The translations under genes and the position numbers were made by a program. This document shows, in pieces, positions 28,623-39,265 of a stretch of 64,000 bases of DNA. The number at the start of each line of letters is the position of its first letter. The stretch's first letter is position 1. Source of the stretch: an uncultured Verrucomicrobiae bacterium. GTDB lineage: Bacteria; Verrucomicrobiota; Verrucomicrobiia; Limisphaerales; Palsa-1400. The stretch is from assembly GCA_963707025.1 (NCBI GenBank), contig CAVPOM010000007.1, forward strand, positions 96,001 through 160,000, written 5' to 3'. The notes under the pieces were generated by a model. It worked only from the letters and a program-made list of their open reading frames with translations, was not told the DNA's origin and searched no databases.

Positions 28623-28934
28623 TCAGGACTCCATTTTCATCACCACGAGATTCATGGTGCCGGGACGAACCCGGTAAAAAAAGACGCCGCTGTCGGGCGT
28701 AGCCGCATAAAAAATCAGCCAGCGCGGGAATCCACGCAGCCGCCAGGAGCGGATGCCAGCCGGGGACAAATCCTTTCGCTCGCGGCCAGCATAAGGGTTC
28801 TTCTCGATGAATTGAATCGTGGCGAGCAGAGCGTCATACCACCGTTCCGCCACCTCCGGCCCTGCCTTTTCCTTCAGCCAGAGCAACTCCTCTGCCAGGT
28901 CGAGCAGGAAGCGCGGGCGTTTGGCGGCGCTCAC
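28623..28934 (-). CDS. RelE/ParE-family toxin
   Basis: NPYAGRER...IRSWRLRGFPRWLIFY. Confidence 0.82.
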   Translation of the reverse strand: MSAAKRPRFLLDLAEELLWLKEKAGPEVAERWYDALLATIQFIEKNPYAGRERKDLSPAGIRSWRLRGFPRWLIFYAATPDSGVFFYRVRPGTMNLVVMKMES

Positions 28935-29185
28935 TTCTTGCCTCTTAAAACCCGGTCCCGGATGGCCGCCATTTCCTTTTTGGTCAAGGGCGTTGCCGGC
29001 CCGCTGGCCAGGGCCTCGTCAATCCACTGTTGATCGCGCTTGGTCGTCAGCGCCGCATCAATCTGAAAGGTCCGTTCCAGCCGGCTCATGGCTTCCTGCG
29101 TGAGGCTGCGGAAATTCGCGGCTGCCTCGTTCTTCAACTGCGCGTGCAGCTCCGTCGGGATGTCTTTCAAAGTTATGCTGGCCAT
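28931..29185 (-). CDS. Arc/RHH-type antitoxin
   Basis: MASITLKDIP...LK..AAANFRSL; IDEALASGPA tail. Confidence 0.82.
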   Translation of the reverse strand: MASITLKDIPTELHAQLKNEAAANFRSLTQEAMSRLERTFQIDAALTTKRDQQWIDEALASGPATPLTKKEMAAIRDRVLRGKK

Positions 29186-29233
29186 ACCCCACAACCATAA
29201 TTGCACCACTCTGGTTTTGCAAGATGAGTTTTT

Positions 29234-29781
29234 CCAATGGGCAACACCATAAAGGCGCATCTTGACACCGTTGCTGGCGGAGTGCGGCCGTCCCCGGCCG
29301 CAGCAAGCCGGGGATTTCTTGGGTGCGCAGGTAGATTACCGGCGGGCCGTGTTTCCCACGCTGCTGCGCCCGAGGACGGGCGCACTCCTGTAGCCTTCTT
29401 GCGCAGGACTCTGTGTTTTTGGCCAAAGGGGCCAAACCATACTTTTGCCAAATGAAACAGACCGGTCCCTGCACAATTGAGCAAATATATGGTTTGACCC
29501 CTCGGACCACCAATGGGCAACACCATAAGGGCGCATCTTGACACCGTTGCTGGCGGAGTGCGGCCGTCCCCGGCCGCAGCAAGCCGGGGATTTCTTGGGT
29601 GCGCAGGAAGATTACCGGCGCACCGTGTTTCCCACGCTGCTGCGTCCGAGGACGGGCGCACTCCTGTAGCCTTCTTGCGCAGGACTCTGTGCTTTTGGCC
29701 AAAGGGGTCACCATACTTTTGCCCAATGAAACAGACCGGTCCCTGCACAATTGAGCAAATATATGGTTTGACCCCTCTGAC
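29234..29781. repeat. Two tandem ~275-bp units built from REP doublets and GGGGTCAAACC hairpins
   Basis: Units 29234-29507 and 29510-29781 differ at only ~10 positions. Confidence 0.92.
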
Positions 29782-30513
29782 ATCTTGGCGGCGTTGCTCC
29801 TGCCCGTGTTGTCCAAGTCGAAGCTCAGCGCCCTCAAAATCGAATGCATCAGCAACCAACGTCAGGTGGGCCTTGCGCTGCTTTCCTATTGCGACGACAA
29901 TCACGATTTCTTTCCTGCCTACGCCGGTTGGGCCGGTTGGGGCGGCCAGAAAGGCTCTGGCAATCCTCCTTCACCAAACTTATCGGGCTACGCCTACAAC
30001 GTCCCCACCGAGGCGCGGCCTCTCTACCCATACACGAAAAACGCCCAAATCTTCCATTGTCCTTCCGACAAAGGAGATACCTTGGACTATCCGACATGGA
30101 ATGTCGGGCAAAGCTGTTTCGACGACTGGGGCAATAGTTACCTGATGCCTTGGCGGCAACCGGGCTACTGTTTCTCCACCATGGGACAAAACGGCCCGTT
30201 TGGCTGGTCCTATTTCGCCATCGAATGCATCGGAGGGGCGGTGGACGCCCAGACCAATCTCATAAACCCCTCGATGAAGGAATCCGAACTTGCTTCATTC
30301 ATCGCTTCCAAGATTGTCTTCATGGACTGGCCCGGTGCGCCTGACCGTCCTCTGGACAAGATTGACGCCTGGCATTCCGCCGTGGGCAAGCCCTATTTCA
30401 ACATTCTTTACGCGGACAACCACTGTCAGAGTTTTCTCTTCGCCATCACCAACCGCACTCCCATCACGACGCGAGGGGATGAGGTCAACCCAAGCGCTCG
30501 CGGTTTCTGGTAG
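29782..30513 (+). pseudogene. 5'-truncated prepilin-type (DUF1559/H-X9-DG-like) protein
   Basis: Starts mid-motif ILAALLLPVLSKSK...CISNQRQVG, FHCPSD, WH...NILYADNH; lacks FTLIELLVV. Confidence 0.85.
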
Positions 30514-30600
30514 GGGAGCCGCCGCAGCTTGGTCAAAAGGGTCAGACCAGATCTTTGTCCAATAAGATGCGTAATAGCCTGTAAATCATTGAGTTACCAA

Positions 30601-30674
30601 AGGGGTCAAACTATAAGTTTGCTCAATTGTGCAGGGCCCGGTCTGTTTCATTGGGCAAAAGTATGGTTCTCCCT
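30601..30674. repeat. Inverted copy of the GGGGTCAAACC hairpin element
   Basis: About 90% identical to the reverse complement of 29703-29776. Confidence 0.88.
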
Positions 30675-30905
30675 CCTGTTTGCGGCTCCGCGCCTTGGCG
30701 CCTTTGCGTTGAAATCCTCGCACGCATTTTCTTTTGACTTGGCCCTTGACAAGAATTAGAACCTATGGTTGAATGGTCCGCGTGAGACACGTAGGCACAG
30801 TCCAATGCCGCCTTCGGGAAGATGCGGCCGGCGCAGGCGCGGAAGGCGCGGAGAAATCCCCGGCCCGTTGGCGGGCGGTCGAACACCAAAACCGGTGGCG
30901 GCGAA

Positions 30906-30961
30906 TTTCACCTAGTTTCACCTGGTTTCACCTGATTTCAGCTAATTCCACCTGGTTTCAC
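30906..30961. repeat. (TTTCACCTRR)n 10-bp tandem repeat
   Basis: tttcacctag tttcacctgg tttcacctga tttcagctaa ttccacctgg tttcac. Confidence 0.85.
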
Positions 30962-31213
30962 TTCCGGCCCTGGGGGGGGTGCCATGAACCCAACTTTGAA
31001 CCCACTCATAATCTTAATCCTAATCCTAATCACGGGGATGGACTTGCCATGAACCCAACAGCATTTCTCCTCAGGTACCGATCACAATTCCTCGAAGATT
31101 TTTTACCGCGGATTTCACGGATTACACGGATCAGGAAGACATCACTCCACCACTCCACCACTCCATTCTGCTGCCTCCCAATCAAGCCTGATCAAGCCTA
31201 ATCAAGGTATTTT

Positions 31214-32352
31214 ATGAAGGACCCAACACCCCATCTTGTGAAAAAGAAATTCTCCCGCAGGAAATTTGTCGCGGCGGCCGGGCTGGGCGCGTTGACCTCC
31301 GGTTCGCTCCGCGCCTTGGCCCAAGCGCCGGCGGCGCTGCAACCCTCCAGCGCCAGACCGGTGGTCATCTCCTCCGCCAACGGCAACCACTCCAAGGACG
31401 CCGACGGGCTGACTTGTGTGGCCCGCGCCTACAAAATGATCACCGAAGGCGCCGATGTGCTCGATGCCGTCATCGCCGGGGTCAACATTGTGGAGACCGA
31501 CCCGGAGGATACCAGCGTCGGCTACGGCGGCCTGCCCAATGCCGAGGGAGTCGTGCAACTGGACGCCTCGGTCATGCACGGGCCGCTCAAGCGGGCCGGC
31601 GCGGTGGCGGCCATCGAAGGCGTGCGCACTCCTTCGCTGGTGGCGAAAAAAGTGATGAACGAAACCGACCACCATCTGCTCGTCGGCAAAGGGGCCCAGG
31701 ATTTCGCCCGGGCCACGGGTTTCAAGATCGAGGAAAACCTGATCACGGAAAAATCGCGCAAGCTCTGGCTGGAATGGAAGCGGCGCACCGATCCCGATCA
31801 TTACCTGGATCCCAAGTCCCGTTCCGAAGCCTGGCATCGCGCGGGCTTGCAGATGGTCGCCGAGGGATTGATTGATCCGGACCACTTTTACGGAACCATC
31901 AACTGCAACGGGGTGAGCGCCAAAGGCGAAGTCTGCGGCGTCACCACCACCAGCGGCCTGGCCTGGAAGATCCCCGGCCGGGTGGGGGACTCGCCCATTC
32001 TCGGGGCGGGCCTTTATGTGGACGGGGAAGTCGGGGCCGCCGGCTCGACGGGCCGGGGCGAAGCCAACTTGTTTTGCCTGGCGTCGTTTCTGATCGTCGA
32101 GGGGATGCGCAACGGCCTTTCGCCCAAGGACGCGGGCATGGCGGCGCTGAAGCGGGTGGCGGCCAACACGGTGGAAAAGCGGCTGCGCAACAGCCGGGGG
32201 CAGCCGAACTTCCAGCTCAACTATTACATCGTCAACACTAAAGGTGAATACGCCGGCGTCGCCTTTTACGCGTCGCGCTTTGCCGTTTGCACGGCGGACG
32301 GGCCCAAAGTGGTCGCGGCGGAGGTTCTTTACACAGGGAAGGCGGCGGATTG

Positions 32353-32353
<1 letters not shown>
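31214..32353 (+). CDS. N4-(beta-N-acetylglucosaminyl)-L-asparaginase / Ntn hydrolase, Tat-exported
   Basis: FSRRKFV Tat motif; SVGYGGLP, YGTI, TTTSGLAWKIPGRVGDSPI, STGRGE. Confidence 0.9.
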
Positions 32354-33970
<1,617 letters not shown>

Positions 33971-34025
33971 GCCTGCGGCGCGACGCGCACTCGTCGCAAC
34001 CGGTCACCGTTATCTTGACAGCCGG

Positions 34026-34364
34026 ATGAAATTGCCCAATGCAGACAAGGCCGCGGTGGAGCGGGCGAAAATCGTGGATTACCTGCTCAACCCTGAGCAT
34101 CGCTATGGCGCCAGCAAGGCCAGGTTCTTCAGCAGGTTTGGATTTCGAGTGGAACAATGGGAACAATTGGCGGAGGCGCTTCGCCGCCACGGCCAGACGC
34201 ATGAGGTGAAACGGATCCAGGAAACCGGCTTTGGCCCTCGTTACCAACTGGAAGGCGAATTGAACGCTCCCGATGGCCGTGCGCCGCGTGTGCGCTCGGT
34301 CTGGCAACTGGATCAGGGAGAAGTTGCGCCTCGCTTGATTACGGCGTATCCTCTGGAGGACTGA
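34026..34364 (+). CDS. DUF6883-like protein (putative toxin)
   Basis: KIVDYLLNPEH..G.SKARFF...PRLITAYP. Confidence 0.8.
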   Translation: MKLPNADKAAVERAKIVDYLLNPEHRYGASKARFFSRFGFRVEQWEQLAEALRRHGQTHEVKRIQETGFGPRYQLEGELNAPDGRAPRVRSVWQLDQGEVAPRLITAYPLED

Positions 34365-34597
34365 TGAATATCAAGGAACATGATTGTGCAGTTTTGACGG
34401 CGGACTTGCCGGGCGAAAAGCTGAAGGCTGGTGATGTGGGCACCGTGATCCACCTTCACAAGGGCGGGCTGGCTTACGAAGTGGAATTTACCACGCTCGA
34501 TGGACGCACCTTGACGGTGGCGACGGTTGAGAGCAACCAGCTTCGGCCAGTCTCCCGCCATGATGTCCCCCATGTGCGCGATTTGCAGGCGGTTTAA
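34364..34597 (+). CDS. DUF4926-like protein (putative partner)
   Basis: LKAGDVGTVIH...YEVEF...GRT. Confidence 0.82.
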   Translation: MNIKEHDCAVLTADLPGEKLKAGDVGTVIHLHKGGLAYEVEFTTLDGRTLTVATVESNQLRPVSRHDVPHVRDLQAV

Positions 34598-34771
34598 ACA
34601 TTTTTAAACGCCATTGGGTGGAAAGGCAAATGCCTGGCCCGGATTCAACTTGCACTTGGGTTGCCGCCGCACATGCCGGGGGTGAATTGCAACTCCAAGC
34701 GACACCCTTCATTTTGGAACGCCAGTGCGGGCGTCGCGGACATTTCCAACTTTCCAATCGGTTAAGCGTGC

Positions 34772-35770
34772 TCAAAACAAACTGGTGACCATGGTGCCCA
34801 GGATGCTGAGCGGGCCGGTGTCTTCCAGGCTGTCGGTCATTTTTTCCAGTTTTTGCAGGGAAACCTTGACGTCCTTCAACATGCTGTTGGTGTTGATCAA
34901 TTGCGCCACCGTGCCATTGCCGGTGTTCACTTTTTCCAGGATCTGGTTCAGGTTGGTCATGGCCCCGGCGGCCTGGTGGTGGAGCGCTTCGTCATAGATG
35001 ATCTTGCCCAGCGTGCCCTGGCCGGACTTGACCTGGGCGATGACGTCGTTGGCGCTGGCCAGAAGGGTGTGCGCGTCGTCCACCGCCTTTTTAATGTCCG
35101 CGGCGGTGCCCTGCAAATTGCTGACGGTGTTGAGGGCGCTGACATACAAATCGTCGTTGTTGATCAGGCGCCCCACCGTGCCCTGCCCGTCGCGGATGCG
35201 CTCGGAGATGACCCGGACGTTGCCGAGGGTGGCGGTGACATTGGATTGGTTATTCTTGACAAGTTCGGTGAGGGGCCCGAGCAGCTTGTCAATCTGCTCG
35301 CCGCTGAAGCTTTTGGTCATGTTTTCCACGCCGCTGGCCACGGCGTCCAGCTTGCCCATCAGCGCGCTCAGGTCGGGCTGCTCGACGGACTGCAGGGTCG
35401 CGTCGTCGGCGGCGGGCACACCGGCGGGCGTGCCGAAGGAAATGTCCACGTAATTCTGCCCCATCAGGCCGGTGAACTTGATGGCGGCGACGCTGTCCAG
35501 GCGGACTTGGTCCTTGATCTTGCGCTCCAGATTCATCGTCACCCGCGCCACCGCGTTGGTCAGGGCGATGCTCTCCACCCGCCCGACGGGCACGCCGCCC
35601 ATTTTGACGGCGTCGCCCACCTTGAGTTCCTGGACGTTTTTGAACAGGGTGTGCAAGTGGTAGCCCCGTTCGAGGAAGGCAAAAGTGCCGAGGGATTCCA
35701 TGATGACCAGGGCGGTGATGATGGCCAGGGCGAAAAACATGCCCAGGCGGGTTTCGATGGAGTCTTTCAT
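34772..35770 (-). CDS. mlaD: MCE/MlaD protein with long helical extension
   Basis: LKVGDAVKMGGVPVGRV, GLMGQNYV, three G.GT(V/L)G.LI repeats. Confidence 0.88.
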   Translation of the reverse strand: MKDSIETRLGMFFALAIITALVIMESLGTFAFLERGYHLHTLFKNVQELKVGDAVKMGGVPVGRVESIALTNAVARVTMNLERKIKDQVRLDSVAAIKFTGLMGQNYVDISFGTPAGVPAADDATLQSVEQPDLSALMGKLDAVASGVENMTKSFSGEQIDKLLGPLTELVKNNQSNVTATLGNVRVISERIRDGQGTVGRLINNDDLYVSALNTVSNLQGTAADIKKAVDDAHTLLASANDVIAQVKSGQGTLGKIIYDEALHHQAAGAMTNLNQILEKVNTGNGTVAQLINTNSMLKDVKVSLQKLEKMTDSLEDTGPLSILGTMVTSLF

Positions 35771-36565
35771 AGCTTTAGGGGGATGGGGTCGGTGCGCCTG
35801 GCGGCGGCGCGGGACGCGGGGAGTTCGGCGTAAATAAAGTCGTGAATGCGCGGATCGGCATGGTCCTTGAATTCCTCCGGCGCGCCCACGAACAAGATCT
35901 CGCCCTCCGAGATCATGGCCATGCGGTCGGCGATGCCAAAGGCCAGGCCGCGGTCATGGGTGACCACCAGGGAGGTGGCCCGGGTGATGTTTTTCAGTTT
36001 CAGGATTTCCTCGCCCACCACCACCGCCATCAACGGATCCAGTTCCGAAGTCGGTCTCATCGAACAAAATCAACTGCGGCTCAATGACCAGGGCGCGGGC
36101 GATGGCCACCCGTTTTTGCATGCCGCCGGAAAGTTCGTTGGGCATGCGGTCTTCCTCCCCTTTCAGGCCGACGACTTCCAGCTTGGCGGCGACAATGCGC
36201 GCGATTTCCTCCGGCGGATACAGGCGGTGTTCGCTGAGGTAAATGCCCACGTTCTCCCCGACGTTGAGCGAGGTCAGCAGCGCGGCGGACTGGAAGACCA
36301 TGGCCATGCGGTATTTGTCCCGGATACCGGGGGAAGCAATGGATTCGTCTTGAATGAGGATGTCGCCGTGGTCCGGCCCGACCAGTCCGATGATGTGCTT
36401 GAGCAGCACACTCTTGCCGCTGCCGCTCGGCCCCATGATGACGAAGATTTCCCCGGGGGCGATCTTCAAATTGATGCCTTTGAGCACCTCCTGGCCGTGG
36501 AAGCTCTTGCGCAAGTCGCGCACTTCCACCGAGACATTGGGCGTGGCCTGGGCGGGCGGGTTCAT
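35767..36565 (-). CDS. mlaF: MlaF ABC ATPase (one extra base near 36055)
   Basis: GPSGSGKS, LSGGMQKRV, FDE|PTSELDP split across frames. Confidence 0.88.
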
Positions 36566-37308
36566 TTTTGGACGTAAATGAGCAAGCGGGTGAGGAAATA
36601 ATCCAGGATCAATATGCAGACGATCGAATTGACCACCGCCTTGGTCACGCTGCGCCCGATGCCGCGCGGTCCGCCCCGCGTGATGAGCCCCTGGTGGCAG
36701 GAAATGATGCCGATGGCCAGGGCGAAGACAAAGGATTTGAAGACGCCATTGGCCACATCGCCCGCCTCCACCACGTCGCGCAAGTCCTGGAAAAAAACGT
36801 CATAACCCACCGCGATCTGGTGGTTGATGGCCGAGATGAAGGCGGCGCCCAGCCAGCCGACCGGAATGGCAAACAAGACCAGGGTCGGCAGGGCCAGGGC
36901 GATGGCCACCATCCGCGGCAGCACCAGGTAGGTCACCGGATCAATGTTCATCGTCCGCAAGGCATCAATCTCTTCATAGACGCGCATCGAACCGATTTCC
37001 GCCGACATGGCCGAACCGCTTCGCCCGGCAATGAGGATGGCCAGCAGCACCGGGGCCAGTTCTTTGCAGATGGATTCGCCCACCATGCCGCCCAGGACAA
37101 AGCTCAAGCCCCGTTTCACCAACTCCGGGCCGGTCTGCAAGGCCAGGACGCCCCCGATAAACAGGGAGAGGATGCAAACCATCATCAGACTGCCGTTGCC
37201 GATTTCAAAAAGCTGATCAAAAACCTTGCGGCGCTGATGCCACGCCAGCGGCAGCGCTCGCAAGGTCCGCCAAAACAAAATAATGATCTCGCCTATATTC
37301 TGAAACAT
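36562..37308 (-). CDS. mlaE: MlaE permease
   Basis: KELAPVL, AGRSGSAMSAEIGSM...EEIDAL, LVLPR. Confidence 0.92.
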   Translation of the reverse strand: MFQNIGEIIILFWRTLRALPLAWHQRRKVFDQLFEIGNGSLMMVCILSLFIGGVLALQTGPELVKRGLSFVLGGMVGESICKELAPVLLAILIAGRSGSAMSAEIGSMRVYEEIDALRTMNIDPVTYLVLPRMVAIALALPTLVLFAIPVGWLGAAFISAINHQIAVGYDVFFQDLRDVVEAGDVANGVFKSFVFALAIGIISCHQGLITRGGPRGIGRSVTKAVVNSIVCILILDYFLTRLLIYVQK

Positions 37309-37309
37309 A

Positions 37310-38938
37310 TCAGGGCCGGGCCGCGTCCTTCAGGTTCCCCGTCTTTTTTCCAAAGGGAATGTAGCACACCCGCCAGTTTGCGCCTTTGTTGCCGGATTGA
37401 TACTGAAAAAGACCGAACAAGAGCGAGTACTTTTTCGAGCGCGGGCCGCTCTCGTGCCGGTAAAGATTCCACAGCAGCGACTGGCTGGCCACACCGGTCC
37501 CGCCGTCTTTCTCCGTCCGCCAGAGCGACCAGAGCTGCGAATAGTCCCGCGCGATGCTTGGATTGTTGACGAAGAACGGTTCGAGCAACGACACCGCCTG
37601 CAGGCGCTCCTTGCGGTCCATGTCCCGGCTATAGGTGAAGAACGGCCAGAAATCCACCCGATGCAGGCTCTGGCCATTCTGGCGGTTTTTCTCCCGGATG
37701 TCGGAATACAGGAAAAAAGCGATGCGGGTGCGTTGCCGCTCCAGGGAGGGGGTTTCCATCCGCAGGTGCTTGTAAAGCGGCCAGAGATAAAAGTCGTTCT
37801 CCAGCCCGCCGCCGGCCGCGCGGCTGTAAAAAGGAAAGACGCGCGTCACGGTTTTCCTCCCGCGCGCCACCTCAATCAAAGGCCAGAGAAAGTCCTGCTC
37901 GCGATAATTCTTGCCCCGGTCGTCGGTGCGCCAGTAGCCAAACGGCCAGCCATAACAATTCTCGTCGCGCAGGGGCGAACGCAGCCGGCTGTAAAACGGC
38001 GCGACCACCAGGCGGTCCTCCTGGTTGCTCGTTCCCAAGCCGGACCGATCCTTCAGGAAAAATGGCCAGGCCGCAAACAGGCGCTTGTATCCCCCCTCTG
38101 TCTCCACGTCACCCAGGCTGTTTGTGACCGGCGCGGGCCTCTTCTCTTCGGTCCCCACCACGGGCCAGAATTGCCAGCCCGTCACATTCCCGCCCGAGCG
38201 CACATGGAAAAATGGATAAAGATAATTATCCGTCACCACCTCCCTCTTGCGCGTCTCGGCATAGAGCGGAAACAGGACAAACCGGATGTCGTCATGGAAC
38301 AGGCGGTTTTGCAAATGCCCGTAAAATGGAACCACCGCCGTGTAGTTGAGATTGGGGTCGTCCGCGCGCCGCTGAAAATAAAGAGGGAACAACGTAAACA
38401 GGCGGGTGTCGGGGCCGGCCAGGGTTTTTCCTCCGGAAAAGCTCAAAAGCTGCATGAGCTGGACCCGATACTCCGTGCCGAAACGGCGCCAGGTGAATAC
38501 CGGATAAAAAGATTCGCACTCCGTCCAATCCACATCCGCAGTGCGCGTGCAGCAAAAAAAGGGAGGCAAGTCCCATTGCCAGCGCGAGTCGGTTTGTTGC
38601 GCGGAAAACAGCGGCCCCAGCACCTCCTGCCGGCGTCCCGATTCCAACGTCAGACGGTAATCAGAATAAGCCGGCCCGGCGATGATTTCCCACTCGGCGG
38701 CAAGATTGGTGAGAGACAACGGCGGGATGGCCCGGCCGGCCCCGCGCACCGGGCCCTCAACCTGCGCCTGGCACACGGCGCAGGCGAGAAAGACAACCGC
38801 CCAGACAGTAGAGAAGAAAAAGCCCGGCGGACAGATCCTCTCCGGCGGTGCGCTTCCCCCTTGGTTGCGTCCCGCCGGGCAGCAGATTTCCGCCGCCGTC
38901 TGGCACGGCGGGAACACAGCGCACTGCCCTTGGACCAT
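37310..38938 (-). CDS. Exported aromatic-Pro repeat protein, putative outer-membrane beta protein (start uncertain)
   Basis: Signal-like VWAVVFLACAVCQA; about 14 repeats of (F/W/Y)-P-(F/L). Confidence 0.75.
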   Translation of the reverse strand: MVQGQCAVFPPCQTAAEICCPAGRNQGGSAPPERICPPGFFFSTVWAVVFLACAVCQAQVEGPVRGAGRAIPPLSLTNLAAEWEIIAGPAYSDYRLTLESGRRQEVLGPLFSAQQTDSRWQWDLPPFFCCTRTADVDWTECESFYPVFTWRRFGTEYRVQLMQLLSFSGGKTLAGPDTRLFTLFPLYFQRRADDPNLNYTAVVPFYGHLQNRLFHDDIRFVLFPLYAETRKREVVTDNYLYPFFHVRSGGNVTGWQFWPVVGTEEKRPAPVTNSLGDVETEGGYKRLFAAWPFFLKDRSGLGTSNQEDRLVVAPFYSRLRSPLRDENCYGWPFGYWRTDDRGKNYREQDFLWPLIEVARGRKTVTRVFPFYSRAAGGGLENDFYLWPLYKHLRMETPSLERQRTRIAFFLYSDIREKNRQNGQSLHRVDFWPFFTYSRDMDRKERLQAVSLLEPFFVNNPSIARDYSQLWSLWRTEKDGGTGVASQSLLWNLYRHESGPRSKKYSLLFGLFQYQSGNKGANWRVCYIPFGKKTGNLKDAARP

Positions 38939-39135
38939 CACTTCGCGTCTCACGCCGGCCATTAGAACACATCCGGCCCCGGTTGTCATTCCTGCGATTT
39001 CCGGCCTGGCCGCCCGGCCGCCGGGAACGCAACCGCCGCAAGCCGGAGCGGGGCGGCGCCTTGAAGATGGCTCCGGTTGAAATGACCCTGGCCGGAATGA
39101 AAGAATCCAAGCCAGACGCAAGTTGTGATCTGTAA

Positions 39136-39149
39136 CGATAACGTTATCG
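39136..39149. promoter_or_regulatory. Perfect palindrome, LacI-type operator candidate
   Basis: CGATAACGTTATCG with central CG, upstream of the OM/Mla genes. Confidence 0.45.
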
Positions 39150-39265
39150 AAAAAGTTGCGGCCCGTTCTCTCCTTGCCGTAATGGTGTTCAAGATATGGA
39201 TTGACTTTTGCGGAAATTCGCTTATGTTGGCCTCATCAATTGAGGCACTAACCTTGCTAAGGTTT

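Noticed and set aside
29058..29904. Repeat-containing ORFs of 243-265 aa
   Set aside because: Read-through of the non-coding tandem REP units
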